From positions 1,568,001-1,632,000 of the forward strand of contig CAXXKM010000003.1 in the NCBI GenBank assembly GCA_963664435.2: a stretch of 64,000 nt of DNA, written 5' to 3'. Positions 10,110 through 20,863 of this stretch are shown piece by piece. The position numbers and the translations under genes are program-made. The notes below the pieces were generated by a model. It made no database searches. It saw nothing but the letters and a program-made list of their open reading frames with translations, and was not told the DNA's origin. The stretch comes from Longimicrobiales bacterium (GTDB lineage Bacteria; Gemmatimonadota; Gemmatimonadetes; Longimicrobiales; Gaopeijiaceae). Every line of letters begins with the position of its first letter. Position 1 is the stretch's first letter.

Positions 10110-12740
10110 CTACGTCGAAAGACCTGACCGGGGCCAGGAAGTTCGCCGCCGATCCTGTCCCGCTCGGTTGGCAACCCGCCCGGCAGCCGCCACCAGGTCG
10201 GTCATGAGCCCGGCTGCGGTGACCTCGGGTCCCGCTCCGGGGCCCTGAATCACCATGGGATGATCGGCGTACCATCGAGAGCGGATGACGAGGAGGTTCT
10301 CGGTCCCGCGGGTTCGCGCGGCGGGTAGCTGCGCGGGCATCGCCTCCAGGCGGACGGAGGCCGCGTCCGGCGCCACCCGCGCCAGGCAGACGAGCCGCCG
10401 CCCTTGCGCCGCCGCCGCGCGGGCCCTCTCCGCCATCTCGGCGTCGAGCCCGGAGAGCCGCTCGATGAACTCCCGGACCGAGCCGGGCTGGAGGAGGCGC
10501 TCCGGGAGGATCGGTTCGACGTCGACATCGGAGGATTCGATCCGGATCCCCGCCGTCCGCGCCAGGATGACGAGCTTGCGGACCACGTCGCGAAGGCCCA
10601 GGTCCTCCCTCGGATCCGGCTCGGAGATCCCCCTCCGCCGGGCCTCCTCGACCGCCGAGCTGAACCGGCGCCCGCGGTGCAGCTCGCCCATCAGGAAGCT
10701 GAGCGTCCCCGACAGTGTTCCCTCCAGAGAGGTGACGGTGTCGCCGCTCCGCCCAAGCTCGGCGATCATCTGAACCATCGGAAGGCCGGCCCCCACGGTC
10801 GTCCCGTGGTGGAGGCCGCTCCCGCGCGCGGCAAGGCGCATGAGCGTCGTGTACTCCTCGATGGGTCCGGACAGAGCGATCTTGTTCGCCGTGACCACGG
10901 CGGCCCCGGCGCGGAGGTAGTCCGCGTACCTCGCCGAGATGGCCGCGCTCGCGGTGCAGTCGACGACGACGAGCGGGTCGCCCGTCCAGACCGCCTCGAA
11001 GGCCCGCTCGGGGTCGTCCGAGCCGCCCTCGAGGTGCGATCGCCACCGGCCGGACACCAGGCCTTCGAGGTCGGTTACGGCGCTCCGGCTGTTCGAGATT
11101 CCGACCAGGACAGGCTGGATCCCGTGGGGCCGCAGGGCGTCGTCCCCATTTGCGGCGAGCTGGTCCAGGAAGGCTGCGCCGACGCCGCCCGCCCCGAGGA
11201 CCAGGATGCGGACGGGCTCTAGTTCGCCCGGCGGAGTGAAGAAGGCCCGGTGTACGGTGCGGAGCGCGACACCCTCCTGCCCCGTGCTCACGACCCATGA
11301 GATGTTGCGCTCGGAGGATCCCTGGGCGATGGCGTGCAGATTCACCTTCGCGGCGCCCAGCGCGGAGAAGAGTTTCCCGGAGACACCGGGCGTGTCGCGC
11401 ATCCCCTCGCCCACGACCGCGAGGATCGAAAAGCCCTGCTCGACGGCCAGTTCACGCACCAGCCGCAACTCCCGCTCCCTCCGGAACTCGGCCCCCAGCG
11501 CGACCCGCGCGCGTTCCGCGTCGGCACCCCTGACCGCGAGGGACACGGCGTGCGCGCCCGAGTCCTGCGTGAAGAGAAGCGAGTCCACGTCGGCAAGACG
11601 AAGCGCACGGAAGATCCGCTGCGAGGCCTCCGTGACGCCGACCGTCTCGACCCCGGCGAGCCGGATCACCGCCACGTCCCTGGTGGCTGAGATGCCGCGC
11701 ACCGGCCGAAGGGGATCCGCGGGAAGCGAGGCCACGACCAGCGTCCCCGGGAGGGACGGATCGAGGGTGCTCCGGATCCGCAGCACGGTTCCGGCGCGCC
11801 GGGCGGGCTCCACCGCCGGGGGGCAGATCACCTTCGCCCCGAAGTGGGCGAGCTCGAGGAGCTCCTCGTAGCTGATCTCGCGTATCGGGGCCGCTTCGGG
11901 CACGGCCTGCGGATCCGCGGTGAGGACCCCGTCCACGTCCGTCCAGATCTCGACCTCCGCCGCGCCGAGCATCGAGGCGAGAAGGGTGGCCGTGTAATCG
12001 GACGCGCCCCGGCCCAGCGTGGTCGTCTCCCCCTCCGCCGTCGAGCCGATGAACCCTGTGACGACCGGGATCCCGGCGTCTCCGGGAAGCCGCGCGCGCA
12101 CCAGCTGCCGCGAGCCCTGCTGATCCACCCTTGCCGAACCGAATCGATTGTCGGTCCGGAAGAGCTCCCTTGCGTCCACGTCGACGGCCGCGATCCCGTG
12201 GGAGCGCATGCACGCGGCGACCAGCACGGAGGAGAGAAGTTCGCCGAAGGCAAGGATCCGGTCGCGCGTGCGGAGGGTGCACTCGCCGAGCAGCTGGGCT
12301 CCGCTCGCGAGGCGCCGGAGTTCATCCATCGCAGCATCGAGGCGCAGGGAGAGGCCCGGCGTCTCGTCGGCCGGAGCAAGGGCGTGGAGCAGCTCCCGGT
12401 GCGCGGCTTCGATCTCCCGCGTCACTGCCGCGTGGCCCTCGTCTCCGCGCCCCGCAAGGTCGGCGACCTCGACCAGCCGGTTCGTGATGCCGCCCACCGC
12501 GGAGACGACCACGACAGGGGTGGAGTCGGCCCGGGCATCCGCGACGAGGCCGACGACGTGCCGGATGCGCGAGGCGCTTCCGACCGAGGTTCCGCCGAAC
12601 TTCATGATCCGGATCGGAGGCGCGACCGGACGGCGTACCTCGCGGACAGGTGTTGGAGCGGACGTCACGGGTTCGGAGAAGATGCGCGCCGCTTCGACTG
12701 CGAATCCCGCCCGGCGCGGGAAGTCGCGGAGGACGGGCAA
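10110..12740 (-). CDS. thrA: Bifunctional aspartate kinase/homoserine dehydrogenase
   Basis: MKFGGTSVG, TTTLGRGASD, WTDVDGV, two ACT domains, GAGGVG, TANK, EPDPREDL, GPGAGPEVTA; start may be nearer 12606. Confidence 0.93.
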   Translation of the reverse strand: MPVLRDFPRRAGFAVEAARIFSEPVTSAPTPVREVRRPVAPPIRIMKFGGTSVGSASRIRHVVGLVADARADSTPVVVVSAVGGITNRLVEVADLAGRGDEGHAAVTREIEAAHRELLHALAPADETPGLSLRLDAAMDELRRLASGAQLLGECTLRTRDRILAFGELLSSVLVAACMRSHGIAAVDVDARELFRTDNRFGSARVDQQGSRQLVRARLPGDAGIPVVTGFIGSTAEGETTTLGRGASDYTATLLASMLGAAEVEIWTDVDGVLTADPQAVPEAAPIREISYEELLELAHFGAKVICPPAVEPARRAGTVLRIRSTLDPSLPGTLVVASLPADPLRPVRGISATRDVAVIRLAGVETVGVTEASQRIFRALRLADVDSLLFTQDSGAHAVSLAVRGADAERARVALGAEFRRERELRLVRELAVEQGFSILAVVGEGMRDTPGVSGKLFSALGAAKVNLHAIAQGSSERNISWVVSTGQEGVALRTVHRAFFTPPGELEPVRILVLGAGGVGAAFLDQLAANGDDALRPHGIQPVLVGISNSRSAVTDLEGLVSGRWRSHLEGGSDDPERAFEAVWTGDPLVVVDCTASAAISARYADYLRAGAAVVTANKIALSGPIEEYTTLMRLAARGSGLHHGTTVGAGLPMVQMIAELGRSGDTVTSLEGTLSGTLSFLMGELHRGRRFSSAVEEARRRGISEPDPREDLGLRDVVRKLVILARTAGIRIESSDVDVEPILPERLLQPGSVREFIERLSGLDAEMAERARAAAAQGRRLVCLARVAPDAASVRLEAMPAQLPAARTRGTENLLVIRSRWYADHPMVIQGPGAGPEVTAAGLMTDLVAAAGRVANRAGQDRRRTSWPRSGLST

Positions 12741-12910
12741 TCCGGTTTGATCATGGCGGGAATAAGCCGCTTTCCGGCGACATGGTCAAGTCGCCGGCGC
12801 GCCACCGGACGACCTTCCTCCAGGCGACCGACCTTCCAGGCGGGCCGCTTCCGATCGGGGAACTCTTCGACCAGTTCGCCGAGGTGCGGACAGGTGGTGA
12901 CGGGCAGCGG

Positions 12911-13822
12911 TCAGTCCGGAAGGGTGAGGGCGAGACGGGCTGCGCCACGCTCGGGAACGACGGCGCGGGGGAGCAGACGCCCGCCAGTCGACGAGGCGAG
13001 ATGCTCCAGGTCCGAGCGCAAGGGGCCGTCCGGGGCGATGAGGCCGCCAGCGAGGGCCACTGGAGGGGGGGCGCCGGAGGAGAAGAGGTTGTGGATGGCG
13101 GCGGACAACTGATCGCCGAGTGCGTCCAGGGCGCTCCAGACCACGGTGTTCGCGGCCGCGTCGCCGGAGCGGGCGGTGCGGATCACCAAGGGCGCGAGGG
13201 CGGCGATTTCGGCCTTGGTGGCGGACTCGGCCCAGGCGGGCAAGCCGCGGGGGCGGTCGAGGCTGAGGTGGTCGAGAACGGCGGCGGTGAGGGCGGTCGA
13301 GGGGCCGCGCCCGTCAACCGCGGCCGCGATGGTCCGCAGGGCCGACACGCCGATTTGGTAGCCGCTTCCTTCGTCGCCCATCACCCCGCCCCACCCACCG
13401 ACCTGCAGGCGGCGGCCGTCCTCCCCCACCCCCAGCACCACCGAGCCGGTGCCGGCCACCACCACGATGCCCGGGCCGCCGCCGAAAGCGTCGTGGAACG
13501 CTGCTTCCACGTCCGTGCCGACCCGCACCGTGCGCGCGACCTGCTCGTCGCGCAGGGCCGCTTCCAGCGCGCGGCGCACCTCGCGTCGGCCGGCACCGGC
13601 CAGGCCGGCCCACAGCGCCGGGAGCGGAAGGGCGACCCCGGCTTCTTCGGCGGCGCGCCGGACGGTGTCCGCGACCACCCGCGCCGCAGGGGCGGGGCGG
13701 TCGGGACGCACCAGCGCGGCGGGGCCTTCCGCCCGGCCGCCGGTCGCGCCGTCGCGGGCGAGCAGCAGCACGCGGGTGCGGGTCCCGCCCCCGTCAACGC
13801 CCGCGACGTACGGCCCGGTCAC
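12911..13822 (-). CDS. BadF/BadG/BcrA-type N-acetylhexosamine (GlcNAc/MurNAc) kinase
   Basis: GVDGGGTRT, VAGTGS, GGWGGVMGDEGSGY; cluster context. Confidence 0.85.
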   Translation of the reverse strand: MTGPYVAGVDGGGTRTRVLLLARDGATGGRAEGPAALVRPDRPAPAARVVADTVRRAAEEAGVALPLPALWAGLAGAGRREVRRALEAALRDEQVARTVRVGTDVEAAFHDAFGGGPGIVVVAGTGSVVLGVGEDGRRLQVGGWGGVMGDEGSGYQIGVSALRTIAAAVDGRGPSTALTAAVLDHLSLDRPRGLPAWAESATKAEIAALAPLVIRTARSGDAAANTVVWSALDALGDQLSAAIHNLFSSGAPPPVALAGGLIAPDGPLRSDLEHLASSTGGRLLPRAVVPERGAARLALTLPD

Positions 13823-13955
13823 GGGGGTGGGGGTGGGGCGGCGGCCGCGGGCAGCCCGATTCCTCCCACGCCCATCGCATCAGGTGCGCCCGGAATACCC
13901 ACCAATCCCCCGCCACCTCGCGGCGGCCACCCGGGGACCGCGACCGGAATGCGCA

Positions 13956-15401
13956 TCAGGCTCTGTCGGCCGTCGGCCGCGCCCCACCCAGCGCCATCCC
14001 CACCACCACCGTAATCGCCGTCCCGATGAGCACGAACCAGGGCCACGCCACCCGGTCGGGGAAGAAGATCCAGATGCAGGTGACCACGCCGATCCCGGCC
14101 ACCATGCCCACTCCCGTCCCGCGCGCGCTGGCGCGCCGCGACAGCACGCCCAGGGCGAAGGCGCCCAGCAGGCCGCCGTAGACCAGCGAGGCGACTGCGA
14201 GGGCGACTTCGACAGCGCTGGTGCCGGCGCTCAGCGGGATGAACAGGATCGCGCCCCCGACCAGCAGCCCGGCCCAGATCAGGGTGAAGAGCTTGCCGGC
14301 CCGCAGGATGCGCGCGTCGTCCTCGATGCCGCGCGCGGGGGCCCAGAAGTCGTAGGCGGAGGAGGACGCGAGCGAGTTGATGGAGGAGGAAAGCGATGAC
14401 ATCGCCGCCGCGAACACGCCCGCGATCAGAAGCCCGGTGATGCCGGCAGGCAGCTCCTCGACGATGAAGCGCGCGAAGATCTCGTCGGAGGCGTCGAAGG
14501 CGCGGTTCTCGTAGAAGGCCCACAGGCCGAGCCCCACCAGCAGGAAGACGGCGAACTGACCCACGACCGCCACACCGCTGCCGATGAGCGCCCTGCGGCT
14601 GGCCACCAGGTCCTTGCAAGTGAGCAGGCGCTGCACGATGAGCTGGTCGGTGCCGTGGGAGGCCATCGCCAGGAAGCCGCCGCCCAGCAGCCCCGCCCAC
14701 AGCGTGTAGGGCACCGAGAGGTCGAAGGAGAGGTCCACGATGCGGAGCTTGCCCGCCGCGCCCGCCTGCGCCAGGATCGCCGGCCATCCCCCATCGACAA
14801 GACCCTGCAGCACGAAGACGGCGATGGCCGCACCCAGCAGGTAGAGGGCCATCTGCACCGCATCCACCCAGACGACCGCCTTGATGCCGCCGAAGTAGGT
14901 GTAGACCACCGTGAGCGCGCCGATCACCAGGATGGAGAGCGGGTAGGGCCAGCCGGTGACCAGCGCGAGCGGGATGGCGGTGGCGAAGAGGCGTACGGAG
15001 TCGGCGAGGAGGCGAGTGACCATGAAGATCGCCGATGTGAGGCGCCGCACCCCGCTGCCGAAACGGGCGCCCAGGAGGGCGTAGGCGGTCTTGAGCTCGC
15101 CGCGGTAGTAGGCGGGCAGCAGCAGGGACGCGACCACCAGCCGGCCGGCCAGGTATCCGAAGGTCAGCTGGAGGAAGCCCAGTGTGCCCAGGTACGCGAC
15201 CCCGGGGATGGAGAGAAACGTCAGCGTGCTGGTCTCGGTGGCCACCACCGACAGCAGCACGGCCCCCCAGGGCAGCCTGCGGTTCCCCAGGAAGTAGTCC
15301 GCCCCGCCCCGCTGGCGGCGGCCCAGCCAGGCGCCCCAGGCGGTGGTGGCGGCCAGATAGGCCACCAGTACGGCGAAGTCGACGCCTCCGAAGCCGTTCA
15401 A
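13956..15401 (-). CDS. Sodium:solute symporter (SSS), probably for amino sugars
   Basis: Many TM helices; YFLGNR, ATETSTLTF, GGIKAVVWVD, TDQLIVQRLL, AAAMSSLSSSINS. Confidence 0.9.
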   Translation of the reverse strand: MNGFGGVDFAVLVAYLAATTAWGAWLGRRQRGGADYFLGNRRLPWGAVLLSVVATETSTLTFLSIPGVAYLGTLGFLQLTFGYLAGRLVVASLLLPAYYRGELKTAYALLGARFGSGVRRLTSAIFMVTRLLADSVRLFATAIPLALVTGWPYPLSILVIGALTVVYTYFGGIKAVVWVDAVQMALYLLGAAIAVFVLQGLVDGGWPAILAQAGAAGKLRIVDLSFDLSVPYTLWAGLLGGGFLAMASHGTDQLIVQRLLTCKDLVASRRALIGSGVAVVGQFAVFLLVGLGLWAFYENRAFDASDEIFARFIVEELPAGITGLLIAGVFAAAMSSLSSSINSLASSSAYDFWAPARGIEDDARILRAGKLFTLIWAGLLVGGAILFIPLSAGTSAVEVALAVASLVYGGLLGAFALGVLSRRASARGTGVGMVAGIGVVTCIWIFFPDRVAWPWFVLIGTAITVVVGMALGGARPTADRA

Positions 15402-15507
15402 GGGAGCGCCGTCGCCCGGGCGCCGACCGCGCGCGGGTGCTCGATCCGGGCTGGCGAGGCCGCCACGCAGACAACGGGGCGGCCGATGATGAGCCGGTCG
15501 CGAACGA

Positions 15508-18500
15508 TCACGACGGCGGCCGCGGCTCGATCTCGAGGTCTGTCACGGCCTGGGCGGCCAGGTCGTGCACCTCCCGCCGCAGCGGCACGTGCCGGGTGTT
15601 CTCGCGGGTGGGGTTGACGCGGTTCAGGAGCAGCACCACGGCCAGGTCGAGCTCCGGGTCGATCCACACGGAGGGGCCGGTGAAGCCGGTGTGGCCGAAG
15701 GCGCGCCCGGTGAAGAACCGTCCCGCCGAGGAGTTGCCGGAGGGGGTGTCCCAGCCGGTGGCGCGGCTCGCACTGGAGTCGTGGCGGCGGGTGAAGCCGT
15801 CCAGCGTTGCGGACTCCACGATGCGGGCCGCCTCCGCCCGGGGCGCGCTGCAGGGTGTGCCCGGCGTGGCGTCGCAGGGGCCGGCGCGGCCTCCGCCGAG
15901 CATCATGGCCGCGTAGACGGCGATGTCGCGCGCGGAGGAGAAGAGACCGGCGTGGCCGGCCACGCTCCCCACCGCCCAGGCGTTCTCGTCGTGGACCACC
16001 CCGCGCACGTGGACGCCCCGGTAGTCGGCGTCGATCTCGGTGGGGGCCACGCGCCCGTGCAGCGCGGAGTCGGGGCTGAAGCCGGTGTCCTGCATCCCGA
16101 GCGGTCCCCACACGCGCTCGTCCAGGAAGCGGTCCAGCGGCTGGCCGGTGATCTCCTCGATCGCCCACGCGACCGTCATCATGCCGATGTCCGAGTACAC
16201 CGTGCTGTCGCCGGGCGCGTAGTCGAGCGGAAGCTCGGCGATGGCCTGCTGGTAGGCATCCACGCCTTCCATTTCCAGGAAGAAGCGGCGGAAGGGAGGC
16301 AGCCCGCCCCGGTGCAGCAGCAACTGGCGCACGGTGACCGCCTCCTTGCGCGGGTCGCCCGCCGACCACCAGGGGAGGTAGCGCACCACGGGGGCGTCCA
16401 GGTCGAGGCGGCCCTCGTCCACCAGGATCATGGTGGCGCTGGTGGTGCCCATCACCTTGGTGACCGAGGCCATGTCGTAGATGGAGGAGGGTGTGGCGGG
16501 GGCGGACGCGGGATCCCAGTCCAGGCGGCCGTAGCCGCGCAGGCGCACCAGTTGGCCGTGGCGCACGACGGCGAGCGCAGCGCCCGGGCTGGCCGAGTCG
16601 GCGATGGCTCGCAGGATGCGGCGGTCGAGCGCCTCCAGAACGGCTTCCGACATGCCCGCGGCCGCGGGATCGCCCTCGAGCGGGGAGATCTGCCCCTGGA
16701 CCTCCTGTTCGTCATCCGCGGCGCGCGCGGCGGTCACGAACTCCAGCGGCTGCACGACCCAGGACGGCACGGCCATCAGGGCCTCCCGGATCGCCGCCGG
16801 TTCGGGGAGCGCTTCCCTTCGGAGCCCGTCACCCGCCGCGTGGTCGGGCGGGATGCTGATGGGGAGCGTCCCGGAGATCTCCGCCGCCCCCATGAGCGCG
16901 AAGGCGCCGGCGCGCTGCGAGACTTCGTGGCTGCCCCAGGCGATGAGGTAGCTGCCCAGGTCCTCGAAGGCGCTCAGCGAGTAGGGATTGCCGAAGGAGG
17001 AGACCACCACCGCGCCGCGCGCGGACAGCTCGCGCACCATCTCGCGCAGCGCCTCCGGGACGGCCACCGAGCCCGCCCCGGCGAACGGGGGCACGTACAC
17101 GTTCAGGAGCACCACGTCCGCATCGCGCGCGGCCGCCTGAACCGCCTGGTACGCCGCCGCATCCGATCCCTCGTCGAGGCGCAGGCTGCCGAAGCTGTCC
17201 ACGAAGCGCGCCGCCACCCGGTCGAACTCGCGTCCGGCGATCAGGTCCTGGTCGCGCGCGTAGGTGACGCTCACCACCCGGCCGCGGGCAGCGGCGGGCA
17301 GCGGCACCAGGCCGTCGCGGTCGCGCACCAGGGTGACCGAGCGCTCGGCGGCGAGGTCGGCGAAGGTCAGGTGCCGGGCCGAACCCGCGATGTCGGCGAC
17401 GGCCGCCAGGTCGACGGCGCGGCGCTCGTGGAGTCCGACGCGCGCCTTGGCGGCCAGCAGCAGCCGCACCGACCGGTCGATGCGTTCGCGCGACACCCGG
17501 CCCGTGCGCACCGCGACCTCCACCGCGTCGATGGCCCCGACCACGTCCTCGGGTGCGAGGAGCACGTCCGAGCCCGCTTCCAGCGCCAGCACCGCCGCCT
17601 CTCCCCCACCGTATCCCCGCGAGATGGCGCCCATCCGCAGGGCATCCGTGAAAACCAGGCCGTCGAACTCCATGTCCTCGCGCAGGAGCCCGGTGAGGAA
17701 GTAGGGGGAGAGGGTCGCCGGCACGTCGTCGCCCAGGATGGCGGGCACCGCGACGTGGGCGGTCATCACCGCGTCCACGCCGGCGGATACGGCCCGCCGG
17801 AAGGGCACCAGCTCCATCGACTCAAGGCGCTCCACGTCCGCGGTCACGACCGGAAGCTCGATGTGCGAGTCGGTGCGGGTGTCGCCGTGACCCGGAAAGT
17901 GCTTCGCCGTGGTGAGCACGCCGCCCGCGCGGGCACCCTCGATGTACGCCGCCCCGAGCTGCGCCACCGCCTCCGGGTCCTCGCCGAAGGCACGGGTGTT
18001 GATGATGGGGTTCTCGGGATTGGAGTTGACGTCGAGGACCGGGGCGAAGTTCAGGTGGACGCCGAGCGCCCGCGCCTCCACCGCCGTGATGCGCCCGTAC
18101 TCGTGGGCGAACGCCGGGTCGCCGATGGCGCCAAAGGCCATCGTGGGCGGGAAGCTGGTGCCTCCCCCCTGCGGGAGCAGCGTGGGAAGGGCGTAGGAAT
18201 GGTTGACGCGCATCCCGGGCCCCCCGTTCTCGAAGTCCGCGGTGATCAGCAGCGGGACTCGGGCCGCGGCCTGGAGGCGGTTCAGGAGCGAGGCATAGGA
18301 GTGGGGCGAGCCGATCGAGATGACGACGCCTCCGATGCCCTCCTCCGCCACCCATCGTTCCAGCGTGCGGAAGCTGGCGTCGCTCGACGACGCGTACGCA
18401 CCGGGGACCCAGGGGACGACCAACTGCGCGATGCGCTCGCGCAGGGAGAGCGAAGCGAGTGTCTCATCCAACCATGTACTCGCCCGGCCATCGAGTTCAT

Positions 18501-18672
18501 CGTAGTAGAGGACCGCAGGCGATCCCTCCGCTCCGCCGGAACCCTGAGCCGGGCCATCGCAGGCTGCCGGGACGGCTAGCAGGAGGAGCAACACCGTCCC
18601 CGGCCATCGGACGGCGGTCCCGAACCGCCCTGGAAGCGGCCCTGCGGGACGAACCCGCCCGGCGTGTCTCAC
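15508..18672 (-). CDS. GH3 beta-N-acetylglucosaminidase (NagZ-type) fused to beta-lactamase-family serine hydrolase (AmiE-like); probable lipoprotein
   Basis: KHFPGHGDTRTDSH; C-terminal SVTK (SxxK), YSD, VHDENA, GHTGFTG; signal ending PAAC. Confidence 0.9.
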   Translation of the reverse strand: MRHAGRVRPAGPLPGRFGTAVRWPGTVLLLLLAVPAACDGPAQGSGGAEGSPAVLYYDELDGRASTWLDETLASLSLRERIAQLVVPWVPGAYASSSDASFRTLERWVAEEGIGGVVISIGSPHSYASLLNRLQAAARVPLLITADFENGGPGMRVNHSYALPTLLPQGGGTSFPPTMAFGAIGDPAFAHEYGRITAVEARALGVHLNFAPVLDVNSNPENPIINTRAFGEDPEAVAQLGAAYIEGARAGGVLTTAKHFPGHGDTRTDSHIELPVVTADVERLESMELVPFRRAVSAGVDAVMTAHVAVPAILGDDVPATLSPYFLTGLLREDMEFDGLVFTDALRMGAISRGYGGGEAAVLALEAGSDVLLAPEDVVGAIDAVEVAVRTGRVSRERIDRSVRLLLAAKARVGLHERRAVDLAAVADIAGSARHLTFADLAAERSVTLVRDRDGLVPLPAAARGRVVSVTYARDQDLIAGREFDRVAARFVDSFGSLRLDEGSDAAAYQAVQAAARDADVVLLNVYVPPFAGAGSVAVPEALREMVRELSARGAVVVSSFGNPYSLSAFEDLGSYLIAWGSHEVSQRAGAFALMGAAEISGTLPISIPPDHAAGDGLRREALPEPAAIREALMAVPSWVVQPLEFVTAARAADDEQEVQGQISPLEGDPAAAGMSEAVLEALDRRILRAIADSASPGAALAVVRHGQLVRLRGYGRLDWDPASAPATPSSIYDMASVTKVMGTTSATMILVDEGRLDLDAPVVRYLPWWSAGDPRKEAVTVRQLLLHRGGLPPFRRFFLEMEGVDAYQQAIAELPLDYAPGDSTVYSDIGMMTVAWAIEEITGQPLDRFLDERVWGPLGMQDTGFSPDSALHGRVAPTEIDADYRGVHVRGVVHDENAWAVGSVAGHAGLFSSARDIAVYAAMMLGGGRAGPCDATPGTPCSAPRAEAARIVESATLDGFTRRHDSSASRATGWDTPSGNSSAGRFFTGRAFGHTGFTGPSVWIDPELDLAVVLLLNRVNPTRENTRHVPLRREVHDLAAQAVTDLEIEPRPPS

Positions 18673-18678
18673 GTCGCC

Positions 18679-20778
18679 CTACCGGCCCCGGAGGGGCAAC
18701 TGGATCCCGTCTCCGATATCGAAGAGGGACGGGAGGCGGGTGGGCGTGCGCCCGCGGATGGGAATCTCCCCGAAGAGTGCCCGGGCGGCGGCGACCTGGC
18801 TGGCTTCCGAGCCGCTCCAGGCCAGCATGTAGGCCTGGGCTTCGGGGACGTCGGAAAGCAGGTAGGGGTTGCCGAAGGAGATGACGATGTGCGGCACGCG
18901 ACGGTCCGCCAGCGCTGCGACGAAGTCGGAAAGGGGCTCGGGCAGGTTCGGCTGGCCGTCGGTGCGGGCCGCGACCACGTACGCGGATACGATGACCAGG
19001 TCCGAGCGGGAGGCGCGCGCGAGCAGGCGCTCGTACTCGGTGTCGCCGGAGCCCGAGTGCAGGTCCGCCGTGCGCAGCCGCCGGTAGGTCGCGCGCACGC
19101 GAGGGTTGAAGTAGCGTCCGGCAAGCAGGTCGTTGCGGCCGCGGTAGGTGACGGAAAGAACGTTCGCGGTGCGGGTGCCGCGTAGCGAGAGCAGGTTGCG
19201 GCGGTTGCGCAGAAGGGTAATGGATGCCTCGGCGATCTCCGTCGCCTGCTCCAGATGATCCGGGATCCCGACTCTGCGATGGATCCGGAAGATGTCCGTG
19301 TAGCGCTCGCGATCCAGCCCCATGCGCTCCTTCAGCTCGAGGATGCGGGCGACCGACCGGTCCAGGCGCGCCTCGGTCACGCGGCCCGAGCGGACCGCGG
19401 CGACCAGGCTCTCGCGCGCTCCGCGCGGGTTGTCGGGCATGAGGATGATGTCGGCGCCGGCCTCGAGCGCGCGCACGACCGCGTCGCGGGCCCCGAATCG
19501 GCGCGTGATCGCGGCCATGTTCATGGCATCGGTCACGATGAGGCCCTCGAACCCCATCTCTCCGCGCAGCAGGTCCGAGAGAACCGCCGGAGAGAGGGTG
19601 GCGGGCATCGACGCGGAACCGGTGACGGAAGGGATCGACACGTGCGCGCTCATGACGGCGCCCATGCCGGCATCTACCGCCGCGCGGAAGGGACGCAGTT
19701 CGACCCGGTCCAGGCGCTCGCGGTCCACGCGGATCACCGGCAGGTCCACATGGGAATCCACTCCGGTGTCGCCGTGGCCCGGGAAGTGCTTGCCGGTCGC
19801 GATCGCGCCGTGCTCCTGAAGCCCGCGCACGAAGGCGGCGCCGAGGCGGGCCACGTCTGCGGGGTCCTCGCCGAAGGAGCGGGTGGCGATGACCGGGTTG
19901 TCCGGGTTGTTGTTGACGTCCAGCACCGGCGCGAAGGGGAGGTGGACGCCCACAGCGCGCGCTTCCACGGCGGTGACGCGGCCCATCTCCCAGGCCAGGC
20001 TGTCGTCGCCCGTCGCGCCCACCGCCATCAGCGACGGGAACAGGGTGGCGCCGCCCAGCTCGATGTTGTTGGGCAGGAAGACCGCCCCGCGCATGCGGTA
20101 GCCGGCCCCGCTCTCCAGGTCCGCCCCCACCAGCAGCGGGTATTTCGCCAGCGACTGCAGGTTGTTGATCTTGGCGGCCACCTCCGATGGAGAGCCCACG
20201 GACACGATCACGCCGCCGACCCCGTCGTCGCGCACGGCTTCGGCAATGCTCTCGAAGTCCTCGGAGCCCGCGGGCGCAAAGTCGCCGAGCATCCACGGCA
20301 TCAGCAGCTGGCCTGCCTTCTCCTCCAGGGTCATCGACTCCAGCACGGAGGATGCCCAGGCGCCTGGTGGTCCTGCGGAGGCCGGAGAACCCGGAGTCGA
20401 TGTTTCGTCGGCGACGCGGGCGGGTCGCGCAGGCGAGACGGCCAAGGTGGGCGTCTCCGCGGCGGAACCCGCGGGCGAAGAAGCCACGGTGGGCGTCTCC
20501 GCGGCGGAACCCGCGGGCGAGGAAGCCGGAGCCGCCTGATCGGCCGGAGGGGGAGCCGTGCCGCGACCTGGAGGGGGCACCGTCTCGCGAGGCGGAGGGG
20601 GCGCTTCCCGGGCCGGGGCTTCCGTCGACGGGGAGGGCTCGGGCGTGGCGCGACCGGACCGCGCGGTGTTGCAGGAGACAACGATCGGAACGAGCGCCAG
20701 GAGGGAGGCGAGACCCGCCGTGCGAAGGGGCGTCGCGCGGCGCGAACCGGACGTGGCCCGACTATTCAGCGCAAGCAC
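18679..20778 (-). CDS. GH3 beta-N-acetylglucosaminidase (NagZ-type) lipoprotein with Pro/Ala-rich linker
   Basis: KHFPGHGDTGVDSH, APVLDVNNNPDNPVI; lipobox VVSC; start placed at GTG 20778 because the longer ORF overlaps namZ. Confidence 0.88.
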   Translation of the reverse strand: MLALNSRATSGSRRATPLRTAGLASLLALVPIVVSCNTARSGRATPEPSPSTEAPAREAPPPPRETVPPPGRGTAPPPADQAAPASSPAGSAAETPTVASSPAGSAAETPTLAVSPARPARVADETSTPGSPASAGPPGAWASSVLESMTLEEKAGQLLMPWMLGDFAPAGSEDFESIAEAVRDDGVGGVIVSVGSPSEVAAKINNLQSLAKYPLLVGADLESGAGYRMRGAVFLPNNIELGGATLFPSLMAVGATGDDSLAWEMGRVTAVEARAVGVHLPFAPVLDVNNNPDNPVIATRSFGEDPADVARLGAAFVRGLQEHGAIATGKHFPGHGDTGVDSHVDLPVIRVDRERLDRVELRPFRAAVDAGMGAVMSAHVSIPSVTGSASMPATLSPAVLSDLLRGEMGFEGLIVTDAMNMAAITRRFGARDAVVRALEAGADIILMPDNPRGARESLVAAVRSGRVTEARLDRSVARILELKERMGLDRERYTDIFRIHRRVGIPDHLEQATEIAEASITLLRNRRNLLSLRGTRTANVLSVTYRGRNDLLAGRYFNPRVRATYRRLRTADLHSGSGDTEYERLLARASRSDLVIVSAYVVAARTDGQPNLPEPLSDFVAALADRRVPHIVISFGNPYLLSDVPEAQAYMLAWSGSEASQVAAARALFGEIPIRGRTPTRLPSLFDIGDGIQLPLRGR
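20446..20527. repeat. 42-bp tandem repeat (~2 copies) encoding ASSPAGSAAETPT in the GH3 linker
   Basis: ggtgggcgtctccgcggcggaacccgcgggcga(a/g)gaagcc at 20446 and 20488. Confidence 0.9.
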
Positions 20779-20863
20779 CGGTTGACGACTTCTTCCCCCC
20801 GGACGAAGTTGACAGCCCGCTGGCCATCCATGGACTGCTGAAATCGAGGACTGGCGCAAGGTA

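Noticed and set aside
15508..16700. Beta-lactam resistance gene
   Set aside because: The domain is fused to GH3 in a salvage cluster; an AmiE-like amidase/esterase fits better.
15565..18579. 1004-aa plus-strand ORF and many similar long ORFs (e.g. 1113-2552, 43931-46162, 54856-56742)
   Set aside because: Antisense shadows of real genes in high-GC DNA, with no motifs.
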